The notes under the pieces: generated by a model | Database searches by the model: none | Told to the model about the DNA's origin: nothing | The model's input: only the letters and a program-made list of their open reading frames with translations | Program-made: the position numbers and the translations under genes | Source: Chlorokybus atmophyticus | Lineage: Eukaryota > Plantae > Mesostigma and Chlorokybus algae | Length of the DNA: 64,000 bases | Direction: 5' to 3' | NCBI GenBank assembly: GCA_009103225.1 | Contig: RHPI01001116.1 | Span: 639,267-703,266, forward strand | Shown here: piece after piece, positions 24,427 through 38,269 of the stretch | How the letters are laid out: each line of letters starts with the position of its first letter | How positions within the stretch are numbered: position 1 is the stretch's first letter

Positions 24427-25859
24427 ATAGGGTGTTGTATTGATTGTATTAATATCATAATGCTGTGGGACCCAAGACCCCACAGTTAATTCTTGTACCT
24501 TATATCTTCGGTATACAGTTTTGTCTAGTGGCGGATATAGATATGGCGATGGCTACTAGTGTTGATAGCTTGAGACCAAATTGCTAATGGCATAGGTGTA
24601 TGGTTGTGTCTGCTGGCATGAGAAATGAACTGTTTCACAAGTTGCAGGGTGTTGCTGACTGTAATGCACGAGAGGTTACATGGAATGGGTTGTGCATCAT
24701 GTGCACTGTCTGTACTTGCTCGACATATGACCCTTCAGGCAGTGACACGCCTGCTTGTATCCGCTCGGTCATCAGGTGGATCATGTCCATTGCAAACATA
24801 TGCATAGCCTAGCTTAGCTAGCTATGCTAAGTGTTGTTGTTGTTGTTGTTTACGGTCTTGCTCCTGTGCTGCCTGCTGGTTCCTCTGTGGCCCCTCTATC
24901 CTAACCCATGCATGCCTATGTGGCGCTGCGTGGCAGGTCCGGTGCTGTGTTATTGATGTTGTCTCGCAAGTCGCGCACGTGTTGCTGAGGGGCCAGGCAC
25001 GCTGCCATGCTTTACTTGCTTGTCGCCTAACAGTGCCTTATCACTTTTTTTGGGTCACCTACTTCACCCAAACCCCATTCTACCTCAACCCAACCATCCA
25101 CTGCCATTGTTCGCGTGTATGTGTATGCTATGTGTATTCGGAATTGCTCTGCAGTCGTGTCATTGCCCTTGTGTATGCTCTCGGCTGCTGTAGGTTGTCC
25201 GCTTATCCTAGTCCTTGCTGCCACTACACGCACTCGCACGCTGATTACTGTTATACCAAAGAACATAAGCAGCATGGGGATGCACAGTCAGTGTGCAAAT
25301 GCAGCAACTCAGCACAAAGAATGTATCCACCCCAACTAACTGACTGACTGAAGTATGCATGAGGGCAGTTGCGTGCTCCCCTTATCCTACAGCGCGCATC
25401 ACTATGTGATACATGCATAGGATATGAGTCATATTGCAAACATGCAGCCTGTGCACACACTAGCGAACAAATTACAATAACACTCAAGCCAATAAGCAAG
25501 GCAACACCATGTAAGTGTGACACTGACATTACACCCGAGGCCATCACACTACTCTATGCTAAGTGACCTATGTGCAATGCCGTTGGTGAAGCAGGCAGTA
25601 GCAGCAGTAGCAAACACCGATCAACCAACCAACATGAGTGCACAAGTGCATGCATGTGTCCGTGAATGTGTACCTCACCTTCACCTTATATTAACCTCGA
25701 CACAAGTGATAGATCACGGTAACAGAGTGAAAGACAGCAATGAATGTCATACGCTGCGCACCCTTAATAACCAAATGCCTGCTTGTGCACGTTACCTGCT
25801 TGCACAAGTGTACAAGAGATAATATGCTACATTACTTGCATGCAAGGTGTGAAGCACAC

Positions 25860-26120
25860 ACTATACTAGTATAACATGCAGCACTCAGCACATACCATCT
25901 CATGCTTACACTCTACACCAGCAGTTCACCACCGGGCTGCCTACTCTACCTAAGACGCTAAGCCCCTACCCCATTAGCTCGACCAACATGCATGGTGTCC
26001 AGCAGCAATCACCTGCAGCACGGGCTGCGGTTAGCATGCAGCGCTTGGAACGTACACGACAGCATCAAACCCAAATGCACTTATAGACTCCCCCACGCCG
26101 CCGCCCGTCACTGTCCGCTC
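25860..26120 (+). repeat. Dispersed repeat family copy
   Basis: CACCACCGGGCTGCC...GCTAAGCCCCTACCCC.TTAG...CATGGTGTCCAGCA...ATCACC matches 37840-37975 closely. Confidence 0.7.
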
Positions 26121-27674
26121 ACCCGCAATGCCCCCGCCGTAACTGCTTGCGGCCTTTAGGACTTTATCGGTTAGCGTAAAGCATGCAAGCAGCTTGCATG
26201 TCACTCTCTTGCAGCTGTGCAGTGAAATCGTCGCTGTGTGTGCCTCTTCGGCCACATGGGCGATTGGTGCTGCTCCCCTGTGTACAAAAGGTGTGTATGG
26301 TAGTATTCTGTGCTCTCCCCACTGCTATTAAGTGTGCTTGCATACCGTAGCTGCTGCATGGTTCCCCAAACCATAGTGCGCTTGAGTTCTTGCATTGGTC
26401 CATTGGTCAGCCTACATAGCTTTATCACGCATGTGACGCCTAATTGCATACGCTTCTTGCGCAGGTTGCATGTAAGGTGTATAGAGTTGACGCATTAAGA
26501 TGTCCCTATCCGTGCCTGCATATCCATATTAAAAGTATACCCCTCACTCATGTCATGCCTGACATAACACATCAACGTTGCATGTGGCCAAGCCCGAAGT
26601 AAATGGTAGCAGAGTAAAGACAAGCAAGCGGTCATGCGATTGCATGAGGGCCAAGGCAGAGCTATGCACAGCTTAAACTGGCTTAACACAACCAGCCAAA
26701 CACTAGATTCTCAACCAGCAGCGAGTGGGTGTGTACAGTAGCTAGCAGGCAGATGACAGCACCCAACCACCTGCAGAGTGGAGAGGAGAGGAGAGGAGAG
26801 AAGCAGAGGTTAGGCTTGCTTGTCCACGCAGGTGTCAGCATGTACGACCACATGCTGCATGGGACCAGCTACAAACACACCACCATACAATTGGATTGGA
26901 CCGTACAATATGCCAATGCCCTCGCAGTGACGGACCATGAGATGCTTGATGGGACACAGAGAGTGCAGCATTGCCACCTTCTCAGCATTATAATCGACAC
27001 CGCAACTAGTTGCCTTAAGTAATGTTGGCAATCACTACACATGCAGCTCGCGCATGCGCCCGTACACGACCATATGGGACCTTTCAAGCCATGCTAACCG
27101 AGCGAAAGTACAAACAATGCGGGACGTGGTTACTCATGCATGCATGCATGTGTCCATACATACAACACACTGCAGGCGTGCATCCTGTGATAAGCATACA
27201 GCAGCATGACACATACAGACCACTCAGGTGCTTACTGGCTGACTTCCTGTACACACAATACTCCAAGCTTAAAGTGTGCTTGAGCTCTGATAATTGATGA
27301 TAACAACCAACAATGGAAACTTTTGAGCAGTAATGCCTACTACTGCTGCGTGTGTGTCATCAAATGCCTAGCTGTTACAAGACGTACTGAAGATGCAGCA
27401 AGCCTGTGTTGAGATCAATCTGCAAAACTGTGTCATCAGATATGCGTGACATTAACGTTCAAAGCAGACAATCAAAGCGTCAATCCTCCACATCTGGAGC
27501 TTCCAACAGTGTGCGCTTACCTGCGGGTCGCAAGCACGCACCATACAGCAACGCAGTATATCTCCATTACAAGTGCAGACTGAGGTGGACTGAGTGATTA
27601 TGTGACACCAAGTAACATAGGAGCAACCCAACTGAACTGCATGGTACGCTGTATCGCAACATATAGACATGCCA

Positions 27675-28535
27675 TCAGTGTAGTAGATGCCGTGGAAAAA
27701 ACTTGCCACGGTGGTTGAAGGTGTGAAAGTCGAGGGCGGGCAACTCTGACATTCTGTGTAAGGAGGTTTCAATATCAACAAGCATGCTGAGACCACTGAT
27801 AACCTTCTGCAAATTAATCACAAGTACATATATCAATGCACACAGTAGGTGAACAAATCGCTATGAAGGTGGTGAGAACTTGTGACCAATAGTGAACACG
27901 TCAACAGCAATACTCACTTTTTTTCGGTAGGATCCAGTCTGATGGGTTGCCAGTCTCCACCCAACATGACCGCTGCTCCGATGCACACTACAGTCCCCAA
28001 AGCGCACTCAACAATTACCTGCATGGTTATGTCTGTTCACCGGCTATGGAGTGCAAAGAACCTACGCCAAATAAGTCAACTGTTTGACCTTTCGCAACCT
28101 AGCACAAGTCTACGTGTAGCTTTGTAACGATCACTTCCACCATCTGGCTAGTATGAGTAACTGACATGATACACGACACCCAACGCGTTCATATGTGTGT
28201 TAAACGTTTGACAGAGCTACTGCAAACTGGCATTGCACTGTGCGTAGTATGCACTAAGCCTCAACCACACCCAAGAGCAATTGGGGTTGCGAAGAGTTTG
28301 CCTGTGCATACAGTTATCATGTACCTGCAGGGTTGGGCCAACATACTCTTCCTCGACAATCTTGAGGTAGGACCGATCTGAGTAAAAGCCACGCATATGA
28401 TGTTAACATTGCATGCAGTGCAAAAATCATTGCACAGCCACAAGAAGGCGGCATGCACTTACGCTGTATCTGAAGATAAGCCGCATGCGCAAGCAATAGA
28501 AATCCCAAAACCAGAGCCAATCTGTCAACCCTCAT
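27675..28535 (-). CDS. EMC5: ER membrane complex subunit 5 / membrane magnesium transporter, 4 exons
   Basis: Spliced product MRVDRLALVLGFLLLAHAAYLQIQ-HRSYLKIVEEEYVGPTLQ-VIVECALGTVVCIGAAVMLGGDWQPIRLDPTEK-KMSELPALDFHTFNHRGKFFPRHLLH*. The HAAY and DF..FNHRGK motifs are characteristic of MMgT/EMC5. Confidence 0.88.
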
Positions 28536-29601
28536 CCCCTCCTAGCACCTGTCTTCAAGCAACGCCTTTGAACAACCCAAATGACAGAACCCCCTAATCT
28601 CAATCACGGCCTCTGGCAGCCACCAAGGAACACCTTCGGCTGCACGGATTGATGTCAAGCTCACAGCCACGCTCAGCACAGCGACGCCCGCAGCCACCAC
28701 GCCGCCGCACAAGCCAAAAGCACCGCCGCCGCCTGCAAATTAGTTTGGTTACTGCGACGGCAAATATTGCCAAACGCAGTTAGTCGCCAGACGCAAAACA
28801 AACAGCAGTGTCTTGAGGGACGTAACCGAACGCTCGGAACATGTCATCAATCTGAGTCAAGGCGTAATGGGATCAATTCTTAAGATAGATACGGCGTAGA
28901 CTGTTTGTTATTGTATTTAATGATGGGGGGCACACAAGGGTGTCGTCACAAAGACCGGCTGCGACCGCTCGGACCGGTTGGACTACGGCGGAGCCTGGTG
29001 CAGCGCTCCGGCGACGGTCCAGTTGCAGACCGTTTGGCCCTTGTATAGGTACCTAATGCACCGGCACTTGCGCAAAAAAGGGCTCGAGGATCTGAAAATG
29101 ACGACACCTTGCTGCTAATCCGGGTCCGTAACCGAAGGCCGGTCCTATCAGGAGGGCCCCTGACCAGCGTGATGGGACCCTTACCGGAAACCATCATCAG
29201 GTAACCATGTTACAGACTGTAGCTCATAATAATATCGGCTTTACTCCATCGGATATCTTGCAAACCTTCTGCCGTGGTCGGGTCTGCATCACCAAAGTGG
29301 TGGATATCCATAATAGTGCACGGTGTTTTCACCGTCAACTTGAGCAGCTCAGCAGCACGTCGGTTGACCGTGTTTGTCGTTAGGGTTTCAGAGGGTGTCA
29401 GCTGTAGGGTAGGGTTTGGTAGGGCTCCCAGCTGTGGCGGCCGCGGCGGCGGTGGAAGGCTGCGACGTGGCCGTGGTTGAAGAGGACGTTAGGGTGGCCG
29501 TCGTGGATGCTGTTGCGTCTGGTGGCTTGAGCGTTGCGGGTGCGGGGGGGATTTGGCCGGGGGCGGGTCCTGCGGAGGGGAGTTGCAGCCCGGCCTCCCG
29601 C

Positions 29602-31708
29602 ATGACCCGGCTGGGCTACATGCCTCTGGCGGAGGCTGAGTTGGCCGATGGCAGTGGGCCTCCGCCAGCTGTACCGGGCGAGGATGCACGGATGCGCGGT
29701 TTGGTTTTGGAAAGGCCGAGCTGCTCAACGGCTGATGCGCCGCTGCCCTGGGAGCGCAACATCAACGATGTGCTCAATGACGAGTGCCTCATGACCATCT
29801 TCAGCTATTTGGAAAATTTGAGGGAACGCAACACCTGCGCTCTGGTGTGCAAAAGGTGAACTGGTTTATGGTAAATTGCGATACACTGGCCAGTTGACTC
29901 ACAGGAAACAGTGCCGTTGCAGCCAAATCCTACGGTATTGTACTAATGTCCCAATGACTGTCCTGCAATGTGTTTTGATCATTAAGGGCGCCGCTGCTGT
30001 ACAATAAGGGTTAGGGTGTGATGGCTGACGGTAGCTTTCCTGCAGGAAAAAGTGTACATGTCGAACTTTTTACTAGCTAGTATCAATACGCGCGGCTGTA
30101 TACCTACATGGTATACACCGCTGTGTGTTTCAGCATGCATTACTCGCTTCTCTTCCGTCATGGGCTTTTGTTGAGCCTTTGTTAAGCGGTCTGAAGCTCC
30201 TTTGTTGCAGGTGGCTAGCTGCGGAGGGACAGTCGCGCACTACTCTGGCACTAAGACGCAGTTTCAAGCTCCAAGATCTGCCGACGCTATTGAATCGCTT
30301 TCGCCACTTGCGGTCGTTGGAGTTGTATTGGTATGTGGATGCCCTGGAGCGCGAGGAGCAAGTCAAAACAGTCTCCTCTGTTTTGAGGCAAGTAGAGAGT
30401 CTGCGTTTACATGGAGGCACGCACTTCTCCGACAGAAGCCTTGCTCTGACCACGGAGCATAGCTACGTCTTGAGTACGATGGAGTTTGTGGATTGCCCCT
30501 ACTTGACGGCTGCTGGTGTTGGGGAGGCCTCTTTGAGGTTGAAGAAGTTGGAGAAACTTAGCTTTTTGGACTGCCCGCTGTTAAGTGATGCAGCTTTGCA
30601 GCAAGTGGCGGAGCATTGTCATGGGCTAAAAGTCTTGGAGTTGGTAAAGTGCAGAGGTATCACAGACGAAGGCTTGTCGGCAATTGGGCAAGGTTGCCAT
30701 GAACTGCGCTCGCTGGTTATCAAGGATTGCAAGGCAATTAATGGCGAAGGGCTTCAAGCCATAGCAGATGGTTGCCCGTCTCTTTCCATTGCATCCTTTG
30801 AGCAAAAGGGCTTTACTGACCAACATATCATCACGCTGGCATCGTCGTGTTCCCAACTGATGGAGGTGTCATTAAAGTACTCAAAGCTCACCAATTCCGC
30901 GCTGTTTCCCCTCGCCAAGAACTGCCAGGGGTTGCACACGCTCAGGGTGTCGTCCTTCTGGATCAGCTGCAAGGGCATAGCAGCTATTGCGAAAGACTGC
31001 AAGTCGCTGCGCGTGCTGGACCTCAGCAATTGCAAGAACATTGATGACGTCGCCCTTTGGGCTGTTGGTGTCGGGCTTCGCGAGCTGGAGTCACTGGACT
31101 TGTATGGCTGCGACCGCGTTTCAGACCAAGGCATGCTTTTTCTGGCTCAAGGCTGCCCCACGCTTACGTCGCTCTGTCTGGAATGGTGCAAGGATGTGAG
31201 CGACTTTGGTGTCTCCCACATCTCTCGCCATTGTCCCTCCCTCAGATCCCTGTCTCTGCACAACTGCGAGCGCATTACAGACACAGGACTTGTTGCCCTG
31301 AGCCTCGGGTGTCGTGAGCTGGAGACCCTCGATGTCAGCTATTGCAAGCTAATTAAGGATGATGGGCTTTTCCATATAGCTCATGGATGCTCAAAGCTGA
31401 AGGTTTTGAGTCTCGTCGGCTGCGCCAACATTACCAGCAATGGCCTGTCTGCTATAGCCGCTGGGTGCCCACAGTTGAGGAGTCTGCGGTTGACCATGTG
31501 TCCATTGATTGATGACACGGCGCTGTACGCCTGCAGTCATCTCAAGTTCCTGCGTGTCTTGTACCTGGGCTTCTGCACACGTATTACAAACGCCGGTTTG
31601 CAGGCCGTGGCGTCCGGCTGCATCGCGCTTCAGAAGCTCAATGTGCACGGCTGTCTCAACATTACCAAGGATGTCTACCCAGAGAGCTGTGAAATCAACG
31701 AGTATTGA
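29602..31708 (+). CDS. F-box / cysteine-containing LRR protein (FBXL-type), 2 exons
   Basis: Exon 1 (29602-~29856) ends in the F-box INDVLNDECLMTIFSYL...CALVCKR|W. Exon 2 (~30210-31708) carries many L..LDLS.C..ITD.GL..IA.GC repeats. The start codon may lie further upstream. Confidence 0.9.
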
Positions 31709-32582
31709 TTTTTGGTGACCAAATAGCTTGTGCAATAGTTTTGATTTTGCTGGTGGGTTGTCCTACGCCACACGCGCTGGCAGGCGGTGAGGTGCATTGC
31801 AAGGGTAGTATGTGCTAGTTCTCTGTGTAGGGACATTGAGTTTGTGACTTGTTTGGCTTCTTGAGGTTGGTGTACAGTGCAACCTCGGGCCTGACTAACA
31901 CATGTTTTGCTGCCCCTTGGCGATGTCCTGCATAGGCCTGTTCATGTAACTGACTGCGCCATGCAACAAAGAGTCTGCAGCGGATGGGTTAAGTGGAGTG
32001 TGGCAACAGGTTGCTGGTTGTTAGATTGTCTAGTTGGTGCATTGCTCATGTGTACAAAAAATGCGACAGGGGTCTATTCGCGACATCGCGTGCATGACAC
32101 TCCAGTAGTCAAACTGTCTCACACGCGCACACAAATACTCCTTCGTGAAAGCTTGCTTGTACAAGCGCCCCTGCTTCGCACAAGCATGCTTGTCAGGCAG
32201 CATGATGCAGCTTGCATCTTTGTACGCAAGCTGGTTGTTCATGTAGCCTGAGCAGTACTAGCAAGAGGCTCTCTACCTACACCAATGCTACCAACATGGC
32301 GCAGAGAGTACTGTACAAGTCCATATCATGATGCTGATATCCAGGTCGGTTCAGGCTGCACTTGGCTGTCCATGTCCACAGAACACTTCGAAAACTGCGA
32401 TACAGCGGTGTACCTACGCTACACTTGCTACACAATGTCGACAGGGAGCGATCTGTAAGCTTAGGACTAAGGAGTCTTGTAGCTTAAACACAAGTGCACG
32501 ATGTACAAGCACGGTCACGGATGGGATGTGGGCATCACCTCTTCACCATTTGAAATGTGGGTTGTTCTTGTTGCACCTTCGT

Positions 32583-34459
32583 TTACCTGCTCTTGAGCTT
32601 GCTCACCAGCTGCTCAATGATGTGCGCAGGGGACGCCTCTTCATTCCAATCTTGATCCCATGCTAGCCGCATCTGAATGCAGCCATAAGTAAGTGAAGCA
32701 ACCACCTTGTTTTCTTGGCTACAAACAGCAGCCAGCAGCAGCTCAACAACTCTGCTGTCCATTCATCAACTTGAACCTCCATACTGGCATGCACGCCTGT
32801 CCGTATGAAGCAAAACAGGCTGGCATGCAAAATGTACGCAGTGTACGCATACATGCATGCAGGCCAGACACCCACTCTCATTGCACAAACACGAAGCAAC
32901 TCCCGCATACCGGATACCGACCGGAAGCATTCGACCGGTGCAGTTCAAGCGCTTTGCTCCGCCACATGGGGTGCAAATGGCTCGCCCTACGCCCCTTCCT
33001 GCAGGCCTTGAACTTCAGGGTCTTCCATAGCAATCTACCTCTCTTCGTTCATTCTCCAGGGGTTGAAACCATCGTCACGAACAAGTCCTTCCAAGTGAGC
33101 AGCAAGCTTGGCGGTCTGCATCTTGCAGGGAGACCCCCCTTTCTCACGGTCTTTACACGCAGCCTGCACTCGTGTGATACCAAGCTCTTTTCATCATATG
33201 CATTACACGCACATAAACACAGCAAAATAGACTCGCCTTCACTATCTTCAGGTCCACTTGTCCAAGCCATTGTACCCGCACCCAACCTGTAGAAAGATCT
33301 TCCTTCGTCGCCTCACTGGTGAGTTGCCGCAGTCACCTGATAGACAGATCAAAAAGGACTTGTCGTTTGCTGCATTAACTGTTTGGTATGACATGCATAG
33401 CAACATACCATTTCCTTGTATTTCTGCTCCATAACAAAAACTTCCTGCATCACGTCCTATGCAAACTCTGCATCCGCCTTGTACTTCTGCATTGCTTCTC
33501 TGCACACCTTTCTGTCCTCAGCATCAGCCTGGCAGTGCACTGCATTGGGAACAGCACAACATTAAACTGACGCACATACCTCTGTCTCATGGGAGAAAAG
33601 CAGACACTGAATGCTGCTCACCCACTTCTGCCCGAGTGCATCAAGTTGGCTCCGACAACTCTCGTGCACCCTGCCAGGAACGAATATGTGTCCTGCACAT
33701 GCATGCATGTGCACGTGCATGACACACTTTCAGCCGGTTGAGTTGGTTCAGAACCAACTCAGTCAGTGAGTGACAGCCTCGCTATTCTCTCAGCATGATG
33801 CCAACATAGGCTTACATGCAAAGCTTTCTCTGGTGACTGTCGGCAAGTTCCTTGTGTTCGTCATCACGGTTTGTTGCTGGAGACCGTACGTCATCTTGTT
33901 GCTCATCTCCTTGCACCTGTTCTTGTTGCAGCTGCAGGTGCACTGACGACAACAACAAGCATGATGAATAATAATTTTGTGGATTTGCCTCAGCAACGAG
34001 CTGCATGCTTCTGCATACACACACTACAGTTGTGTGCTGCAAAACCAAAGCTCATCGTGCAAGCACTCACCGCTGCATGTGGATTGCAACAAGGCCATGC
34101 CTATATAGCGCTGAAGCTAGTTGACACACGCGCGCGCACATTACAGAATGAGCCTGTTCATCTTACCGCGTGCATGCGCTGCTTGTCTTGCAGGGCTTTG
34201 TGCGACATCTCTTCAACTTCGTCCACTTTGTTTATACACACAGCCAAACAAGGGGTCAGCACAGCAGCAAGCAGAAGGTGCTTGTAAGCTGCTAGCTGCC
34301 ACGCATAAAGCCACCGACAGCGAGCTTGAATGTCATGCATGTGCCGGAAAGGCCAGAACCAGCAGCAGAGGAAGCAAAGCCTCCGTGTTCGTACTTGCGT
34401 TTCAGTTTCTGCTGGTGAACCGCGGAAAACTTATGCTGTTACTGCTGCAGCGCCTCCAT
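32583..34459 (-). pseudogene. XH-family paralogue A (coiled-coil + XH; 5'-truncated pseudogene)
   Basis: Exons homologous to exons 8-15 of the gene at 44986-49038 (MEALQQ*, KYKADAEFA*DVMQ, GWVRVQWLGQVDLKIVK, FNPWRM, SNASGRYP, LAWDQDWNEEASPAHIIEQLVSK). In-frame stops at 34439, 33457, 33035 and 32987, plus frameshifts. Confidence 0.8.
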
Positions 34460-35411
34460 GCCTCGGGCCGTTTGCGCTTTGCTTCAAGTGCGTAAGTAGA
34501 AGCTCAGTAGCTAATGGCGGCGGCGCGCCGGCTTTGCTTGGCATGCTAGACCATGCCTCGGCAACGAGGTGCGAACTTGGCGGAGAGCTTGATGACAAAC
34601 ATGAGGGCGGCGATGTGGCGGAGCGCAGCTTTCCTGCTGCCATGCCAGCTTGCTCGTGTCTCTGCGCTGCTGGTTCATGACGACAGGAGTTGTTGATAAT
34701 CCTTCAAGTTGGAATGCTGCATGTTGACATCTACCTTACCGCGCAAGCATTCCAACAGCCCGTTGCTTGAGTGTTTAAGTGGTTTTGTTGCCGATGGCTG
34801 GTGAGAGCTGGCCGAGGCACCACAGTCCATGTTAGGTGAGACTCTGTCACCGCAGTGAAGGCTTACAGTGCGTGCGCAGTATGGTCTCACCTCACTAGCG
34901 GTGACAATTTTCATGTGAGTTTACTACACTCGTTGCCACTGTCAGAGTTTGAAGGGGTCATTTAGTCCAGATATACCAAAAGCCTAGGACACTGTCAAAT
35001 TGTCGCTGAGGCACCAGAGTCCATGTGAGGTGAGACTTGACTAAGCACAAACACTGACGTGCCTGCGCAGCGTAGACCACCTCACTCGTGGACACTGTCT
35101 TTGGAGGGGAGTAGAGGAGCTGCAAGTGCTTTCATCATGTGACAGCAGTGGTGGGCACAGAGCAAGTTGGCATGACAGCCTTCCTGAGTGAGGAAGACTG
35201 CTGTGCTGCCCCACGTCACCTTTCTGCTGGCTGTCAGCAAGCCCCGCCAGGTTCAGTAAGCTTGGAGCATCGCGTGAGCTTAACGCATTAAGCAACCTTA
35301 GAGCACTGTGCCAAGGCAAATACTTACATGTAGCCGTCCTTCAATCAAGGCATTGCCAGCCGTGAAGTCATGCAATTTGCCGCAACACACCAAGCGCAAG
35401 CAGCCAGCGGC

Positions 35412-37444
35412 ATGGAGGCGCTGCAGCAGCGACTGCAGCGCACAGCAGAAGCTGCTGCAGTCCGCCAGTAGCAGCTGAAACGCAAGTATGGACACTGTTG
35501 TTGCTTCCCTTTCTGCGCTCACGTTTCCGGCACATGCATGATGTTTTAGCTAGTTGTGGATGGGGTAGTGCGTGCAGCTTACAAGCACCTTCTGCTTGCT
35601 GTGCTGACCCTTCTTGTGCTGTCTGTCCAGAAAGAGTCGGCGAATTGGAAGAAAGGTCGCGCAAAGCCGTGCAAGACGAGCTGCTTGTAGTAAGATGAGA
35701 AGCAACTCATCTGAGCGCAATTTCGTGTGTTCGTGAACTAGCTTCAGCACTGTAGGCATGCATGGCCTTGTCCAAGTGCAGCGATGAGTGCTTGCACGGT
35801 GAGCTGTAACTTTGCACACAGACAATGGTGTTGTCTCCATGCAGAAGCATGCCTTCATGCATGAGCTGCACAGCTCGTCGCTCAAGCAATTGCAATGCTG
35901 GTTGCAAGAACCATTGTGTTTTTTGTTCAATAAGTTGTTGCGTGTGCAGCGCGAAGTGAGGCGTTCCGTTGACCACGAATGCGCAGAGCTGCGTCTGCAG
36001 CTGCAAGAGGAGCAGCAAAGGCAGGAAGATGAGCACCAACACGCCATGCCTTCGCCAGCAGCAAGGAGCTCTGAGGACCAATACAAAGCACTTTTCGACG
36101 GTCACCAGAACGAGCTTCGCATGTAAGCTCAAGTTGGCTACCACAACAAGGCTGACAGTGCCTTGTTTCGGCCTCGTAGGCGCAGTATCACTGTATGCAT
36201 GTGGCTGACACAGAAGTATTTCTTGGCAGGGTACGAGAAAGTTCTTAAAGCCAACTTGACGTACTCAAGTATGAGCGGGTACGCAACCTTTTCGTTTTCC
36301 ATTAGCAATTGGCCTCTGTGCTCACCAGCACAGATAGCGGAATGTGCATCCTTTTACTGTTGTGCTTTTCTCCATGCGTGTCAGTATGCTACCAGGTTCT
36401 TGCTGAGGAGAACAATAAGGCACGCGAACACGAAGTGCACAAGTACAAGTCGGAAGCGGAGCTGGCACAAAGTTTGCTACAGGACGTGTTTGTTATGGAG
36501 CCGAAGTACAAGGACATGGTAATGAGCACAGTTGCAGCAAGATGTTGTTTGCATTGCGGTCCCAATCAGTGTTCATGGCCGCCATGCGGCATTTAGTCTT
36601 TCATGCTCAACAATTTGTGATCTCATGTGGGTTTGTAGCCAGTAGCCAAGGTAGAACAATTTCTTTGTACACATGCTTTGGCTATCAGGCGACCATCGCA
36701 ACTCGCACTAGCAAGGCGGAAGCCCTGGACAAGGGGTGGGTGCAAGTCAAATGGCTTGGAGTTATCGACTTCAAGATAGTCAAGGCAAGCCTCGTTTGCT
36801 GTTTATGCATGACATGTGCTTCACAGATATGAGTGCTGGCGTATACATCGCATGAGTGCAGGCTGCATTAGACGACCACAAGAAGCGTGGGTTGCGTTGG
36901 AAAATGAAAGTTGCGGAGCTCGCTTCCCGCATGGAGCAGATTGTTTGTCTCAACGACATCAACCCTTGAAAAGTGAACCAGGGGAGATATGAGATTGATA
37001 TGGAACACCCAAAGGTTAAAGATCTGCAGGTAGTGGGGCGAGCCACTCGCACGCCATGTAGCCGAACAAGCCCTCGAACTACACCAAGTCAATGCTTCCG
37101 AGCGGTTCTCGGTACATGCGCTCATTAAATGCGCATTTTGGAATGCATGTAATATTGGAGTGAGAAGAGGTTGTACGCTGCTGTTGCATGTCACTCAGCT
37201 TGACTGCTGTTGCTCTTGCAATCAGATTCGGGTTGCATGGGATTAAGAGAAGCATGAAGAGGTGACACCGGCGCACATTATTAAGCAGCTAGTCAGCAAG
37301 AGGAGGTCAATTTCAACAAGGAAGAAGCCACATCTCGCTTCTTCAGACACGTTGCCTCATCCCACCTATACTGGTGTACAGTACGTACATATGGTGCAAG
37401 TAAGACTTGTCCTTCGCTCACTGGAATTCCTCGGCATTGTGTAG
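35412..37444 (+). pseudogene. XH-family paralogue B (coiled-coil + XH; 5'-truncated pseudogene)
   Basis: MEALQQRLQRTAEAAAVRQ*, KYKSEAELAQ, KGWVQVKWLGVIDFKIVK, DINP*K, EPLARHVAEQALELHQVNAS, VAWD*EKHEEVTPAHIIKQLVSK. Stops at 35469, 36967 and 37243, plus a frameshift in the XH exon. Confidence 0.8.
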
Positions 37445-37839
37445 CGAGTACAGTGTAGGTACGCTGTTGCGTCGTAGGATCGTTGTTCAACCACCCTCAT
37501 ACGTACATGGACAGTCGAATGCAAGCTGCATATGGCGGGTTAACACGCCACTCAAGGCCTGTACATTCCCTCTACCTGTGCAACCATACTGTATGGGTAA
37601 CCGGTGCAAATGCAGCTCTGTCAGTGTTGCTTGACTGGCACAGCACAGCTGACTGCTGTTTGGTCCATGTCCAAAGTACAACATCATTCCAAGCAGTAAC
37701 GCCCGCAAACACTTGTGTATAAGAGATAGTGTGCTAGATGAGTAGCATGCAAGGTGCGAAGCACACACTTTTTCATGCATGTCACTCACATTGCCCGCAC
37801 ACCATGCATGTTGCCATAGTACCATACCCTTTATATACA

Positions 37840-38090
37840 ACATGCAGCACTCAGTACATGCCATGTCATGCTTACACTCTACACTAACAACTCACCACCG
37901 GGCTGCCAACTACCTAACACGCTAAGCCCCTACCCCGTTAGTCACACCAACTTGCATGGTGTCCAGCAATCACCGGCGCATGCGCCTTGGTCAGCAACCA
38001 CCACCGTCACTGCATCAACGGCAGCAATCAGCCAGCGTGGACTCCCCCTTCCCCTCGCCTCCATCCTCGTCACAACTCTGCCGCATCTCC
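37840..38090 (+). repeat. Dispersed repeat family copy
   Basis: Closely similar to 25860-26000; ends in GGACTCCCCCTTCCCC. Confidence 0.7.
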
Positions 38091-38269
38091 CGTCACTAGG
38101 CGTTTGGGTTGCGCCCATCGGCACGCAGCATGCATGCTCACGCAATGCATGCAACACTCCCTGGGTTGCGGTGCAGCCGTGCAGTCGAGGTCGGTGTTGT
38201 GTCTCACACGCACAAGCATGCATACACTATGTGCATATACTATGCATGCTTGCATGACTGATGGAGTGT

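Noticed and set aside
29388-29603. Antisense Pro/Thr-rich ORF upstream of the F-box gene
   Set aside because: Antisense to GC-rich 5' sequence of the F-box gene, with no independent support.
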